Positions 36,901 through 50,398 of a DNA stretch of 64,000 nucleotides are shown here, in pieces. The translations under genes were made by a program, and so were the position numbers. The stretch comes from Stylophora pistillata (lineage: Eukaryota), in NCBI RefSeq assembly GCF_002571385.2, contig NW_019217905.1:124070-188069 (forward strand). Direction: 5' to 3'. The notes beneath the pieces are model-generated. The model searched no databases and was not told the DNA's origin. It saw only the letters and a program-made list of their open reading frames with translations. Positions within the stretch are counted from its first letter, which is position 1. Every line of letters starts with the position of its first letter.

Positions 36901-39900
36901 AGATTTAAGATACCCTAAGTTGAATGAAATATTAGCAATACACGTGTGACACAAGTCCACATCCCAACTTCAAGATTCTCAGCAATGCCGGATAGCGCAT
37001 GTTGACGTCAGCGTTGAGATGCGGCCTCAAATTAGAGATTCAATCCACAAATTTCGTGATGCGTTCTAACCTTACCTTATTATCGCTGCATGTCTTAACA
37101 AGGATGTTTTGTCAAAAACGTTAGGAAATGAGAAGATTTAACTTATTGTTGCAATTCGAATGGTTTGTTACATGTACTACAAAAATTTTTAATACGTGTT
37201 ATGCATTCTTGGCATTGATTGACGCATGATTTTACACTTCTCGTTTTCACCTAACTCCAACCACCTTACAGACTGCGAACGCAGACACATCTTTGGTTAC
37301 CGCTTTTCTTCGCCCGAAAAGTAACGCGTGGGAATTCGAGCGGCAGAACTTTATCTTGTCAAATAACCTAACGAATCAGTTGCAGTTTAGCATGCGGGGA
37401 CACGTTTTCATCTATAAAATCATACGGGTATCATCACTTGCAATTTAATGTAAAGTGACAGCTAAAAGGTTAAGGCTGCTTTAGAAATAGCCCGGCGATA
37501 TAAAATTTATTTTCACTACTTAAAAGTGTAGATAACTTTTGCCACTCAATGAGAGTCCAAAGAGTAATCTTATCTTTCCAAATTGTCTTCTGATGTGAAA
37601 AATAATAGACTACGAATGCCGCCATTCTGAATATTTTTTACGGACTAGCCTTAGAAATCTGTTTGAACAATTAGAAGCTTCTAGGGAAAAAAACATTCCA
37701 GACCAACCAGGGTGGCAGCTGCGCGTGAAAACCGCACGTTATGGTTTTTGCTTCCAAGACGAGGCTACTGTAAAATTGCTACACATTTAAAGGTAACTAT
37801 ACATTTGCCAATTCTTAAATATATTTTCCAAGGGCAGAGATACTAATCTTACGGTTTCTTGAGCATACCGACTCTCCAGTAGAGGAGTTCGAGGTAGAAT
37901 GAACCAAATATTTGTTCAAAAAAAGAATATTAAAACTAGATCATTGAAGAAACTCGGAAAGTTGTTACTGATCTGCCCGGGCAGACTGTCAATTTATTCA
38001 TGCTGAGTGTACTGACGAGAAATTGTCATCGTCGTGATTTCTCCTCTGACAAGTTTTTTTTGGAGATCATTTGCATAGAGGAAAGCAACAACCGTTAAAA
38101 AACTCCACGTTGACAGAATAGCGAGGTGCCGAAACCCAAGTAAAAGAAAAGTGTAACTCTCGTTACGTACCTCGTACTGTTTGTGCCAAGGAATTTGACA
38201 AGCTTCTTCACAAACCTCAAACCAAGTTTGAATTTCTCTACGCTTACGCTGGTGGAAGCATCAAGCACAAATACTAGATCTAAACTGTTATCATACTGAT
38301 TGAAGATTGCTCTCCCTCGTGTGTCTCCGGAGGAGTTTTTTGCATCGACACTAGTGTACGCAAGTAAGGTATCGATCAGATTTTTACGAAGGTTGAAGGC
38401 CGTTGTGTTAACATCTTCAAAACTGTCCTCGACTTCATCTGATTAAAAAACAAAAATGGAAAAAATATTCAAACACAAACAAAAAAGAAACATTATCTTG
38501 TGTTTGGGTCATATCCGTGAAACTCATTTGCTTAAAACAAAACCTTTTTAACACATAAACTAATGGAAAAAGTAGGCATAATTCTATACCTTTACAGAAA
38601 GTCTCTGTGCCATTCCAAGTCCCGTTCTCATTACAGATCCGCACCGCAGAACCCTTGAGTACAAATCCATGTTTGCACTCGAATTTCACAAGGTCTCCTT
38701 TGTTGTAGCTGCTACCGTATTTTCGTCCGCTTACGGGAGTACCAAGAATTGGGCAATGGGTGTCTGAAAGAAAAATATTAAGCAATTCAAACTTCATTTC
38801 TCATAAGGCCTCAAACACATAGTTTAGAGGAAAATAGTTTCAATTCTTCAATATAATTTTCATCAAATGACCATCGAGGGCACATAAACTAAGGGTAAAA
38901 TTAGTGGCGAGTGGTGCTAAAAAGTTTTGAGATTTGACTTTTGTGATTCCAATCCTTATGTTATAAATTGAAAGGTAAACATCACTTTGCGCTGTCTGAT
39001 AAGACAAGATAAGCCATTTCTCATTTCCGTAGTTCAAATGAACTGATGAAAGAAAATACAAATTGGACTTACCATGGTAACCGGCAAAACATACTTACTT
39101 CCGTTTTGACAAGTAGTCAGAGATCCACTCCATTCTTTATTTTCCAGACAGGTTCTTACGGCAGAGCCGTGGAGTTTATATCCTGATTGACATGAAAACT
39201 GCATCGTACTTCCAACTGTTCTGTATCCAAATCGGCGACCACCCTCTGGTCTTCCAGGATCAGCGCAAACTTTCTCTGTTTGAATGACAATTAGAAATTT
39301 AAAATAATGAATGAAATAGCATATCCCTCATTAATCAGTGAACAGTTCAAATGTCCATAAAAACTCTCGTGGCAAACAAGTCTTAATCGTAAGCGAACGT
39401 ATTTGCATCCAGACGTGGAAACAAAAAAACAAATTCCGAAAAAACAAGGAAAAATGGTTGAAAGAAATAGCTGATGAGTAAGATGGCCAAATCCTCCCTC
39501 CATTATTTATTCCTGTTATGTATCGCATGCCTCCTCCGCCCCGTTGAATTGAACGCCTAGGTTGGGTTACACCAAATGCACTCACTGATACAATATGGCC
39601 ACCGTCGAGGTGTCCAGCCATTTTTCAAGCAACTGACTGTTTCGTCTCCTTTCAACTCATAACCTTCATTGCACTTGAACAACAACGTTGCACCATAAAA
39701 GTAATTGGTATCAGATGAGGTTACATTTCCATTTCGCATAGTTAGCTTTCCAGGATTCTCGCATTGGATTCCTGTGGACATATATTGAGGGAAGAAAATA
39801 TTAGAACAAATTTGAGGTGGAGAATAGAGACGAATTTGAACTCTATAGGTAAATTAGATTTATATTTAAAGTTCATGTGCTTTGTACTTAAGTGTGTTGC

Positions 39901-42900
39901 CGTTTTCTACCATCCACTGTAGTTGTTTTCAAACTATGGTCAATTTGTTGAGGTATTTTGGGAGATACGCCTCTTATTAACCTCAGTTTACTCAGTCTTT
40001 ACTGTAAGTTACAGAGACTTTAGAAAGAAGCGGGCCGTACAGTGAAGTACGGCCCACTAAATTAACCAATCAGCCCACACACAGAGAGATATGATAAGTA
40101 TCTGTTACATGCAGTTGTTGTATAGTTTTAAATCTCGATCGTGAGGGACGTTTTACGACTTACGTGAACATGAAGGAGCTGTAGACCACACTCCATTTTC
40201 GAGACACTTTCTGCTGCTAGGTCCGTTAAGTTTGTAGCCTCTCACACAGCCGTAACTGAGTGTATCTTCAAAGTCATAACTGGAGCCTTCAATCTGAGCA
40301 TAAGAAATATTATCGGGCTTCCCGCAAGGACCTGAAAAAAGAAAATAATAGCGATGGATAGTCCTGAATAAAAGGAGAATAAAACACTACCTGACCTAGA
40401 CGACATGAGGAGTTAAAGTCGCTAAATTTTTGGCAATTTCAGCGAAAAGTCGATTTGCAAGAAGCCGAAAAGCGTACTACCATGTTTTCTCAAGCCTATT
40501 GCGTTTTTGAGAAAGTGACTCTTGAACTGAACACACTCGCAAGTAATCAAACATGGAGTCTACAATGCCATGATTTCGTGAATAAAATACTCTTACTGTG
40601 CCAGTATTTGTGCTTTACAGTCCATGGTTTCACTGGAAGGGGCGAGAGAATAAAACAAGTACTTATGCGACAACATAAACAACTAGAGTGTAACGAACCT
40701 TCACACTCAGGTGCTCTGGACCACTTTCCAGTTATACCGCATTTTCTTCTTTTAGGTCCTTTCAGTTTGAAGCCATCATCACATTTATACCTTAACGTAT
40801 CCTTGAAGTCAAAACTTGAACCTATGTATTTAAGGTGTGGTATATCTTCTGGTCTTCCACAAGGTCTGGGCACTAAAAGACAATAGGAGGTAAACAGATA
40901 AATTCAGATCAAAATATACAACCTTGTGAAGGACTTTACGTTAAGGAAGATTTTGGAATCAAAACCTTAAAACGTAAAATGCGAACAAAACAAATTACTT
41001 TTTTCCTTGCAAATTTTTGTCTTTGAAATCGCTTGAAGGATTCAAAATGGTAGTTCTCTTTTTCCCTTTGTATCACTTTTAAGTCGTACTGTGATACGAT
41101 AAAATTAAAAGATAAATGAAAATTGATGGTCCTGGTGGTGATCAAGGTTCAAATACGTATAGAAAGGCTGAATTTAATATTGGAAACTTCCGACATGGGA
41201 GATCAGTGCAATTAAAGAGTAGAATTAATCATTGATAACAACAAAAACATATGCACCATCACTATGATTTACATTTTTTTCATTTGCTGACAGAGAACTT
41301 TCATGCAATTAAGTGATTTGAAGTTTCCTTACCGTAACGTTTGCACTTGCTTCTGAGTGACATTAATGAATTGATCCTTTCTAATACGAAGATCTCGGCA
41401 CATTTTTGTCATATTCTACTAATTGGGAATACTATATTTTCCTTAATGTTAACTTCGAATGATCGCTGTTAAACCGCCCGAGTATTCTCCAGCTATGAAT
41501 TACATTATTTCTAATCATTAGTTTTTTCCTTTGGGAGAAGCCGTGGATTTTAAGGCTTTAAATCACGTTTGAATCATTTCTTGTTACCTAAACATTTGGG
41601 TTCCTTCTTCGCACTCCATTTTCCTCTCCTGCAAGTCCGCAGTTCTGACCCGGACAAAATGAACCCTTTGTGACAGACGTATTTTGCTTTGGAGTAGCGA
41701 ATGTTGATGTAGATCATGGTATGTTTCGGTGGATTCTTCAGTAGATCTCGGAGCATCTTTACGCAACCACTCCTACTAGACCCTGAAGTCAATCGATTGC
41801 ACACAAGTAAATTAAGGTCGTCATACCTTATTTCCTCGTATAAGCGCCCGCGCTCTAATAACCGCTCTTCCCCGAATAAGCCCCCACCTCCTTGCTAGGC
41901 CATAATGTCAAACGAGCGCCATCCTCGAATAAGTGCCATAGCCTCCTCCCTCAATTTCTTAAATAGGAGAGCCTGTTTCTCTTCCCACTTCATAACTTTT
42001 TAAGCTTCAATTACAGCGGGATCAGTACAAGAGAATAGATTCTTTTCCGTTAAGTCACTTCCAGTTTATTCTATTTCCATGTGCGTGTAAAGTTCCTTTA
42101 TATGCGCAATCATCTGTTCTTTTAATTTCCTTTTCCTATTGCCGTGCCAACTTAAGAAGCGCCCCCTTGAATAAGCACCCTCCTTCAAATAAGCGCCCCC
42201 TCCCCTTAATTGACAGTGCTTATTTGAGGAAATGCAGTACACGAGTGCAAAAACTAAGGAATTTCATGTCGTTATTTATTACCTGGAAGGGGAGGGTTCG
42301 TGGGATTTTGGTTGTGTCACGATCAGTTGTCTTGATTTTAAATAATCAAATGCTTGAGATACGAGATTTCAAACTTACTTGCACTCTTGATAGGCTGAAC
42401 GGAACAGGTCAATATGCCAGCAAACGCACATATTACAATCTGCGAAGAGGAATAAAACAAAAACAAAAAAATATCAGATTGTCTATCCAGTCACGCAACA
42501 CCTTGAAGTGGAAGAGAAAGCGTTTGGCAAGACGAGCTGAAACGAAGGTTGCCAACGAGGCGACTTAAATCCTCTGATGCAGGGAACGATCGAAAGAACA
42601 AACGAGCGAGTAAACCATGGATTATTTCAAGTGGTCTCTATGAAGTATACAGAACGGGTCCAGAATTTTCACTTCACCCTATATCGCACTAACTCGGTTT
42701 TAGAGACGTTTGGATCCATCGAGGACATTTGTCTGGACTATCTGCTTATAATTGCTTGAGCACAAAACGTCACATGATTTATCGATGTGAGGGAAAAGTT
42801 GAGAATTTAAACACCTTTTTTACTGCAAAAATATCCTAAAAACGACAATCCAGTAAAACTGATGCATCCCAAAACTCTTGTCTAAGATAAACTTCGTCTT

Positions 42901-43332
42901 AGATATTACAATTATATTGAAACGAACGGCGTCACTGTGGGTCTTTTAAGAGTAAGATGAGCCTCACACAGCAACATGAATCGTCAAAATCTTCCTTTAC
43001 ACTTTCTGATAGACATCATATTTTTGAAACTGAGTCACGGTAAATAAGCTATTTCCTTTCCTATCAGATTCATCTTTATTCCTCCCAGAAAAAACTATGA
43101 CACTGGATCAATTAACATTCTCAGTCTTCAATTCATCGAAACGCATTCAATGGAAGATGAACATTTTTCCACAATAATCTGACTTGCGAATCAAGAATCT
43201 CACAAAACCCAGACTGGAACAAATGTCATTTGCAGGGCATATTTGCTCACTTTTTCATCCCCAAATCGAGGAAGAAAAGGTAGAAAACAAATAGTTTGTA
43301 TAAAAGCGACTCACCTTGAGTCCCAGAGACAT
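30365..43332 (-). CDS. CFB: Complement factor B/C2-like serine protease (signal peptide - 6xCCP - vWA - trypsin-like protease); catalytic-His exon not found
   Basis: Exons: 43315-43332 (MSLGLK), 42379-42439 (signal peptide), CCP1 41588-41782, CCP2 40699-40872, CCP3 40164-40331, CCP4 39586-39771, CCP5 39099-39275, CCP6 38590-38763, linker+vWA 38171-38438 (TRGR|AI; LDLVFVLDASTS MIDAS), vWA 35898-36214 (GGATAS, IFITDGKSN), 34496-34624, protease start 33491-33601 (CG...RRRIVGG...WPWQV), [missing exon], 30365-30965 (NDIAL, DACHGDSGGA, GIVSWG, stop). CCP-vWA-protease order is diagnostic of Bf/C2. Confidence 0.93.
31653..31673. other. Assembly gap in a Bf intron (other gaps: 5664-5676, 44414-44442, 48420-48652)
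   Basis: Runs of N. Confidence 0.99.
31674..32095. mobile_element. MITE (Harbinger-like TIRs) with internal palindromic TAGGGTAACCCTA subrepeats
   Basis: GGCCCTGTTTACAAGCA ... TGCTTGTAAACGAGGCC; left flank lies in an N gap. Confidence 0.7.
33491..33601 (-). CDS. CFB: Bf exon DYSLCGGSSFDPRRRIVGGKTSKRGRWPWQVAIYIVL
   Basis: Phase 1-1 exon missed by the ORF track; IVGG and WPWQ motifs. Confidence 0.9.
   Translation of the reverse strand, partial: TIPYVEVAHLIRVDVSLVVKLQRGDGGPGKLQFTSF
33650..34112 (+). mobile_element. Penelope-like element 3' fragment with inverted pseudo-LTRs
   Basis: Core encodes a GIY-YIG C-terminal-like peptide WDNSKIITTNRRYH..CQEARHINSAQAPLNRDD..LPDAY; flanked by ~140-bp inverted repeats, each with a CTGATGA...GAAAC hammerhead core. 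Confidence 0.75.
35898..36214 (-). CDS. CFB: Bf vWA domain exon
   Basis: GGATASADAL and VLIFITDGKSNVGGPP motifs. Confidence 0.93.
36700..36880 (-). mobile_element. Truncated SINE, same family as 9741-10118
   Basis: Reverse complement matches the core CCAACACTCAAGGTCTTAAAATAAYTGAG...GTCTTCTCGGATA. Confidence 0.65.
38171..38438 (-). CDS. CFB: Bf linker / Ba-Bb scissile site / vWA start
   Basis: TRGR|AI at 38305-38322 (cf. human Bf QKR|KI); MIDAS DASTS at 38248-38262. Confidence 0.88.
38590..41782 (-). CDS. CFB: Bf six CCP/sushi exons (one domain per phase 1-1 exon)
   Basis: Each exon has the C..P / C..G[FY].L.G....C...G.W....C sushi pattern. Confidence 0.9.
41824..42239. mobile_element. MITE (Tc1/pogo-like, GAATAAGCGCC subterminal repeats)
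   Basis: TACCTTATTTCCTCGTATAAGCGC ... GTGCTTATTTGAGGAAATGCAGTA imperfect TIRs. Confidence 0.6.
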
Positions 43333-44719
43333 CTTGAACGTGTATCACATCTCCGGTTTGGTTTACAGTTGCACCACTTCCGCTGCATGTTTCAACTTCC
43401 TTAGTAACTAATGTTTTTGAATCCTTTCAGCGTTCACACTCTACTCTGATCTTGCAGTGCCCTCAAGGCATGAACAACTGCCAACACAAACAGCTACTCA
43501 CGCGCATTAGCATAATGAGATTTTGATGCGCTTCAGCGGAATGGAAAGTTAAGTTCTTTTATTACAGTTACGTAAATATCTTCTATTCAAACGTGTGGCT
43601 GCCGGTGGTCACAAATTTCACGAGCACACAACAACGATAAGATTAATTTTTTAATTTTCTTTTTAAGTTTTAAGTGTTCAAGCTCTAATCATTGCTGCGC
43701 AGCGAGAGTAGCGAGAGAACAGCTACATAATCAGAATTTAAGAAGAATAAAGGGAGTGCGAATTCTCTGAGAGTGTGTGACTGAAAAGGCAATATTTTTC
43801 TTCTGCGCGTGCCGTTTTCTTTGTTTTTAATGTATGCTTTCCCTCCCACAGAAAATAACTTCAGATATGTTTCTCAGTGGAACGCACAGGTAGATGAATC
43901 ACTGCGTAAACTGTCACTATCAACAGATTGTGTCGCAGCATCACTTTTTAAGGAATAATGTTTCGAAAAAGCTAAAAGGTTTCAGAGGCACTTCAAGCAG
44001 TGCCCAAAGTGCATCAAAATCGAGAAAAGCAGCCAAGAGTAGGAATTACATTCTTCGGTGAGGACGACGTGGTGAGTGAGCAAAACATAAAAACTACTCT
44101 GAGACAATATGTATCAGTGTTTTATCACAGTATTATGGTTAAATACTAAGTCAAATCAGAAACAGAGTGGATATAAGTTATTTGCATTGTGTTTTCTCTT
44201 TTACAAATGTTTGAGAATGTTTTCTGAAAAATGGCTATTTCGACCTCATGGTTCTTGCCCCCTTCAAATTTTATCACTTAGACAAGCCAAAGTGGCCATC
44301 CAAGTGTGCGCGCTATATTCTTTGTTTTATACTTTCTCTTCTGCTGAAAATAACTACAGAGATACGTTTCTCAAGACCTCATCTAAGTATCCTCCATTAA
44401 TTACGACGCCCCCNNNNNNNNNNNNNNNNNNNNNNNNNNNNNCCCCACAAAAGCAAACAAAGAAAAAAAATCCAATTTGTCTTAGTCTGTGAACAGACTA
44501 AAAACCGCAATCCAGTGCTCGGAAAGTTTATTACTTGAGGTGAGAAGAGTGCTATCAAATGTTAGTTTTGGAAACACCCCACTGTTTGACACTACTTTAA
44601 GAAGTCTGAGAACGCTCGGGCAGATAAACCACTGTGCAAACTATGTCACTATCGACAGAATGTGTCGCAGCATTACGATCTTTTAGCTAAATGAATGAAG
44701 GGGATAAGTTTCCTAAAGA

Positions 44720-45845
44720 AACTATGGTGCTGCATCAGTGGAAGTATCAAGGTAATTTGGTTGTATTAACTAAGTTGTTTAATGTAAATTAGCTACCGTA
44801 AAGAGAAAGTTGACTTTCAAGCGTTAGCCCTTCATCAGGCGAATGGTGGAATTGTGGGTTGAGTGTGTGTTTAGGGGCCGACCATTTAACTTTTGAGGAG
44901 GGGGTGGGTGATTTCTGGTCATTAAGAATTTTTTTTTCTAGCAATCTGCTGTGCAGGATATTTTTTTCAGATTTTTTGGTACATCTTTTCTGCTACATTT
45001 GGGCTGCATGCAATTTTTTTCTTCCAACAAGCGCTTGCAGGAAATATTTTTTCAAAATCAACCACCCCCTCTCAAAAGTTAAATGGTCAGCCCCTTATAT
45101 GCAGAAAGTGGGACTACGCTATTGGTGGGAACATGGTGACGAGAGAACCAAGAATAAATTAGTAGAATGAAAGGCGTTGATACCTATGGGATTAAGAGTG
45201 TCGATTTGAAAGATAAATTTTTCAAACTTTTCCAATCTTTCCTCTGAAGAGTGGTCGGTACTAAAAAGCCTAGAAAAACGCAAAGACATTGTTATCAAAG
45301 CGGTCGACAAGGTCGGCGCATTAGTTGTTTGGCGGGCCGACCTCTACCAAAAAGAAGCTTTGCGGCAAATTTTTGACACCTCTTTTTATCAAAAGGTTGA
45401 CAAAGATATCACTTCCATAAGCCAAAACACTGTCAAAAACGAACTAAAAGCTAAACAAGTATTGCCGACCACTGCGAAAAATCTCATCATTACCACTCTT
45501 AGAACGTCTTGTATTTGCTTTTCGCCTAATGTTCACAAACCTAACAACGCAGGTCGACCCATTGTCTCGGTTTAAATTTGCAGTTGTCCAACCGAATTTA
45601 TTTCCAGCTATTTAAGCAAAATTATGGCTCCCATCGTCAAAAAATTTACTATCATATAAGAAATACAGCCAACATGCTCTTGAAATTTTTCGCGACTTCA
45701 ATTTCCTTGGCGAAGACAAACTTTTTTCACTGTGGATATTACTTATCTTTATACTGTTATTCCCAATGGCGAAGGTCTTCTGGCCCTCAAAGATTCTTTC
45801 AATCAACGCGCTGTTAGGTAACCTTGTTCTAAACCACTGTTCCAT
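44720..45845. mobile_element. Degenerate Penelope-like (Neptune-type) retroelement: RT fragment (+) fused to an inverted 3' end (-)
   Basis: 45240-45845(+): DIVIKAVDK, VHKPNNAGRPIVS, DITYLYTVIP RT motifs with frameshifts. 45120-45225(-): FIFQIDTLNPIGIN. Degenerate hammerhead at 44809-44844(-). Confidence 0.75.
44874..45094. mobile_element. PIF/Harbinger-like MITE nested in the Penelope element
   Basis: TIR GGGGCCGACCATTTAACTTTTGAG / CTCAAAAGTTAAATGGTCAGCCCC, TTA TSD. Confidence 0.75.
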
Positions 45846-46872
45846 GTTCTATGTCTGCGCATGTCATTAATTATGCATGATCATCGCTTTCTAAATTGTG
45901 TACACTGTTGGCTTCAGAGCTTACTTCGAACAAACACTAATAATCGTTTTTTCAGCGCAATTTTTACTTGTCAAAGCAGATCAAGACAACCCGAAGATCG
46001 AAGTCACTTTCCAACGTGGATCCACAATGCAGTGCAATCTTTGCAGCTTATTTGCATAAACAGATACGAGCCAAAAACAAGCAGATGAGATCTAACCCTA
46101 ACTCATTTGCACTAACGGCACGGGCCGATGACAATAGCGTGGGATGCCAGAGGTATCCTACACAAAAATCTAAAGTTACTTGGGTTTAATTAGTAATAGC
46201 ATATCCCGCGGCTGAAACGAAAATTGACAACTGGAAGATTTGCCACAGGCCGATTGTGGCCGTGTACCCGGGCAGATTTCTTCTGTCGGTAAGGAAAAAG
46301 TTGATATCTGAGAATTTTGTAAATTGAAAGTTCGTCCATTGTTGTTTTTGTAATGTTACAACGCATTCTTTAATCTTGAGCCTTATCGCCCAAGCACTTT
46401 TACGACGTTTTTTCGTGGAATGGATTCATTACTAAAGTCGACTTTTCTTGTCAGTAAGGCGTATTGTGTTGAACTCGAAGAGAAGGTCCATATCTACAAG
46501 TGTCCAGTTATTCTATATTTATCGTCAGTCTGATTTGAGGTATTTTGAAAACAAAACGATAAGAATTGGAGCAATCATCTAAGGACATGTGAAATGATAT
46601 AGAGGACAATGGCAGACAACCCCAACGTGTGTAATAAGAAGAGAATCATTGAAATCCCACAGGTATGCCTACGGTACTGACCCTAACCCTAAGAAATTAC
46701 TTGGACTTTTTTTCAGTGTTATCTTGACTCAACAAAACATATGCAAAATATACTAATCGATCACCATCCCCAAGCACTGAGTTTACCAAAGAATCTCAAC
46801 CACTTTTTCCCTGACAATAAATTGATCAAGAAATTAATGATTAAAATAGTACAAATCATTAAAAACTTATTC

Positions 46873-46878
46873 GTTTAT
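46873..46878 (-). terminator. Candidate polyadenylation signal of C3-B
   Basis: AATAAA on the minus strand about 800 nt after the stop codon. Confidence 0.3.
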
Positions 46879-47674
46879 TTAATTCAGCAAAATACTGTGC
46901 GGCATAACAAGTTTATGACGATATATCGTTTAGAAATAATGCTTTTTGTCTTATTTACTAATGCTTCTGCTATAACTCCAACATTAACCTTTAGCTGCCC
47001 TGAAACAGCGAAGCCATATCAGAAAAAATTCAGCGACCTGGCCGTGCAAAATGGTTACTGGGCAGCAGTCTGATTTCAATTCGGAAACTCAAAAAAAAAA
47101 AAAAAGAAAGAAATCCCTGATTGCTAGATGAAGTGGAAAGTGAAACGCTTCCCCAATTAAATGCAAAGATAACATAGATTGGATGGGGAAGCATTTCTTA
47201 GGAATCCCATAGAAGGAAGTTTAGAGGATAGCAGTTTCTGTGAAATACTTCGCCTATAAGTGAATCTTAAAGAAACGCCGAAAGGTGCCTTAAAATCTAA
47301 CAGAGTAGCCTAAAATTACGGTTTGCTCAGGTAAAGCTACCACCAAATACAGGAGGATGGGAAAGTTTAGTTTGTATAACATCAATTACAGATCAATGTT
47401 GCAAGGGGAAAACTAAGCTTGTGTATGCCTAAACCCCAACTGAGCTCGTTCATGATAAAAAAAAAAAAAATTGGTCCAAGTTTTCCTTCGTGAGTTTCGG
47501 TGTTTTAGGTTAAAGAAGCACACAAATAATTAAAAAAAAAATCATCTGTAGAAATAGGCATGTAGCACTTTGAATTTTTTACTCTACCTTAATATAGTAT
47601 CACTCTACATTATGCAATCCTCGTGGTCAAACTCCCAAAAATCACCCGTTTTTAAAAAGACACATTTAAGCATT

Positions 47675-47991
47675 TCAAGAGCATTTATATTCTCGGGAAA
47701 ATTTATCCAATTTGACTTTGTTCTCGCCGTCTTCAGGCCATAGTTTGACGAACGAGTTCTCGTCTAGCTCGTACTTGCCTCCTTCATCTCGCCCCATGAT
47801 CAAGTATTCCTTGTCCACCTTAAGTTTAATACCTCGGCATGTCCCTTGCTTCATGACCTCTATCCGCTTTATCTTATCGTCTTTATTGCTTCCTATTTTC
47901 TTGTTTCCTTCTTGAATGATTTGAACAACCTCGAAGTCGTACTCAAGCATGGTTTGTACCTCATCGATCTCCAAGAGCTTTCCTTTTATGA
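47675..47991 (-). CDS. C3: C3-B terminal exon, C345C/NTR domain
   Basis: TCRGIKLKVDKEYLIMG...YELDENSFVKLWP...C pattern. The C345C domain separates C3/C4/C5 from A2M/TEP. Confidence 0.93.
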
Positions 47992-48078
47992 CTGGCAATA
48001 GATAAACAATGAATAAATAAAACGCACGGGCTAAGCGAGATCTTTACGAGTGGGATTGTAGCATTAGACCTGTGGTGT

Positions 48079-48130
<52 letters not shown>

Positions 48131-50339
48131 CAGTAGTAGTAGTAGTAGTAGTGAACTTTATTTATGTGTCGTGAAAACCTAGCGCATAGCACTAATTGGG
48201 GACACAGGGTAAAAGCTTTAAAATTAAGAAATCTGGAACCTATTTACAGAATTATTTACCTAACCTATTAACAGTTAAAATTATTTATTTATTTATCAAT
48301 GTCCTAGAGTTAAAAGTCAACTACTACAGAGCGCACATTTTTTGCATCCATCGTCAATCATGACAGTCATCTCCGTTCTCCTGATTTTGCTCTTAAATCC
48401 GTGCAGGCTGTCTTCACTGNNNNNNNNNNNNNNNNNNNNNNNNNNNNNNNNNNNNNNNNNNNNNNNNNNNNNNNNNNNNNNNNNNNNNNNNNNNNNNNNN
48501 NNNNNNNNNNNNNNNNNNNNNNNNNNNNNNNNNNNNNNNNNNNNNNNNNNNNNNNNNNNNNNNNNNNNNNNNNNNNNNNNNNNNNNNNNNNNNNNNNNNN
48601 NNNNNNNNNNNNNNNNNNNNNNNNNNNNNNNNNNNNNNNNNNNNNNNNNNNNCTCCCCTTACGAAACCCTATCCATAATCACATCAAATGTGATGTAAAT
48701 TTGCTTCGGAAAACAGTTGTTAATGACGTGGTGAAACTTCACGCCAGGAAAAGTATGGAAAAGTATGTGAACGACGGTAAACAATGTCCTTTATCTTACT
48801 GTATTGGTAATTGGTGCAGGCAATTTTTATCAGCTTGTCAATGTTGTCAATCGGGGGATCATCCTGAGGACATTTATCTGCAAAGAAATAATATAATATT
48901 GAAATAATTTTACCTGAGGATCGCCGAACAAATTGTCTCAAAACTGTTCTTTTCTTCAGAATTCGTACCTTGAGTGCATTTGCACGAAGTGGAGCCAATA
49001 TCACAGACTCCCAACCTCAACGGACTTGACTTTTCGGGTCCATAAAATACGCTGCAGGATTGATCTGTGCTCATGAAGAAAAAAATGGCGAAATAACTTC
49101 AGATGTTGAAGCCTGTATGGCAGACAAGGAGGCACTAGGTCGAGCTTCGTCGAAGCCTGAATTTTGCAGACCTCTATCTCTGTCATTTTCATTTTTCTGC
49201 GAGTTAAATAACTTCTGAAAGTTTAAAGTCCGGAAAAATACATTCTTTTATTTAAAAATAGAATTTACGACAGCTGTTGTGTTTCTGCCGGATTTATCTA
49301 TTGTGTAAAATTTTGAAACCAGTTTGAGTTTATTTTTACTTTCATTTCTATTCATTACCATAGTTTAATTAAATGAAAATGGAAAATGAAAAAAATAGGG
49401 TAAAATTTTAATTGCAACACGGCAAATTTATTGGAAGAACTACTATTTGAGAATTAAATCACTTGTTTGTAAATCCTTTGCTTCGTTTCACTCCTATTCC
49501 TGATTTTTAATCTAAATTCATGCAGGGCGTACATCCCTGGATCCCATCGAAATTTAAACACGTTGACGGCAAAAACCTCTCAATAATTTTTGTTTTGATA
49601 AACATTAATCCTAACCTGGTTCATAATAGTCATACACATTCACCGGTACTGCTTGAACTGCACCAACGTAAAACTCTTTTTCAAACAGAACACTTACACA
49701 TAGCTCACGGGTACTAGGAATCTGAAATAAATGACAGAAGAGGGCAGGCAAGATGGTCAAAACAATGTTACAATACCAGATCTTACAATTTGATAATGAT
49801 GGAGCGCATTTAAGAGATCGAAGGTAAGTTAAATCATCCTTTTGTTTTCTGAATGATATTTTACCTCACTGAGATAAAGAACCAGGGATCTGTCCGATTT
49901 TTCAATCATATCCAGTTGAGGCACGCTGGTGTTGAGCTGTCAAAGGTACAAAATATACCATATATCACTGATACCTAAACAAACAAACAGCTACATTTAC
50001 ATGAATAATGACAGCACCAATGTCCAAGCTATTGCTGCTTTTACCATTGTTACGACTTCATAAACAATGATGTCTTTCCCTCGAGGAAAGAGCACTCTTC
50101 GCAATTATTTGCTGAGTTTGCTTCCCGGTTTATAAAATCCTGGCTCTATTTCAGACAGATATTTTTCCTCGCTCGTTTTCAGATCTGAAAGATGTTCTTG
50201 GTTTGCAAAACAATTGATTTGCAAAACAATTGATGTAATCCAACATTTCCACTCAATGCCTGTTTCCCGGCGGGCTTAAAAACAATACCTTTTATAAAGA
50301 CATACCTGTGTTGCATATAAAGGCCAGGACTTTAAACCG

Positions 50340-50398
<59 letters not shown>

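Noticed and set aside
46678-46691. CCCTAA telomere-like repeats (also GGGTTTA x2 at about 22855)
   Set aside because: Only two units; expected by chance.
47136-47146. IRF-like GAAAGTGAAA and scattered NF-kB-like motifs
   Set aside because: Short motifs, far from start sites or imperfect, with no conservation data.
48342-48907. Long ORFs spanning the N run
   Set aside because: Artefacts of translating the assembly gap.
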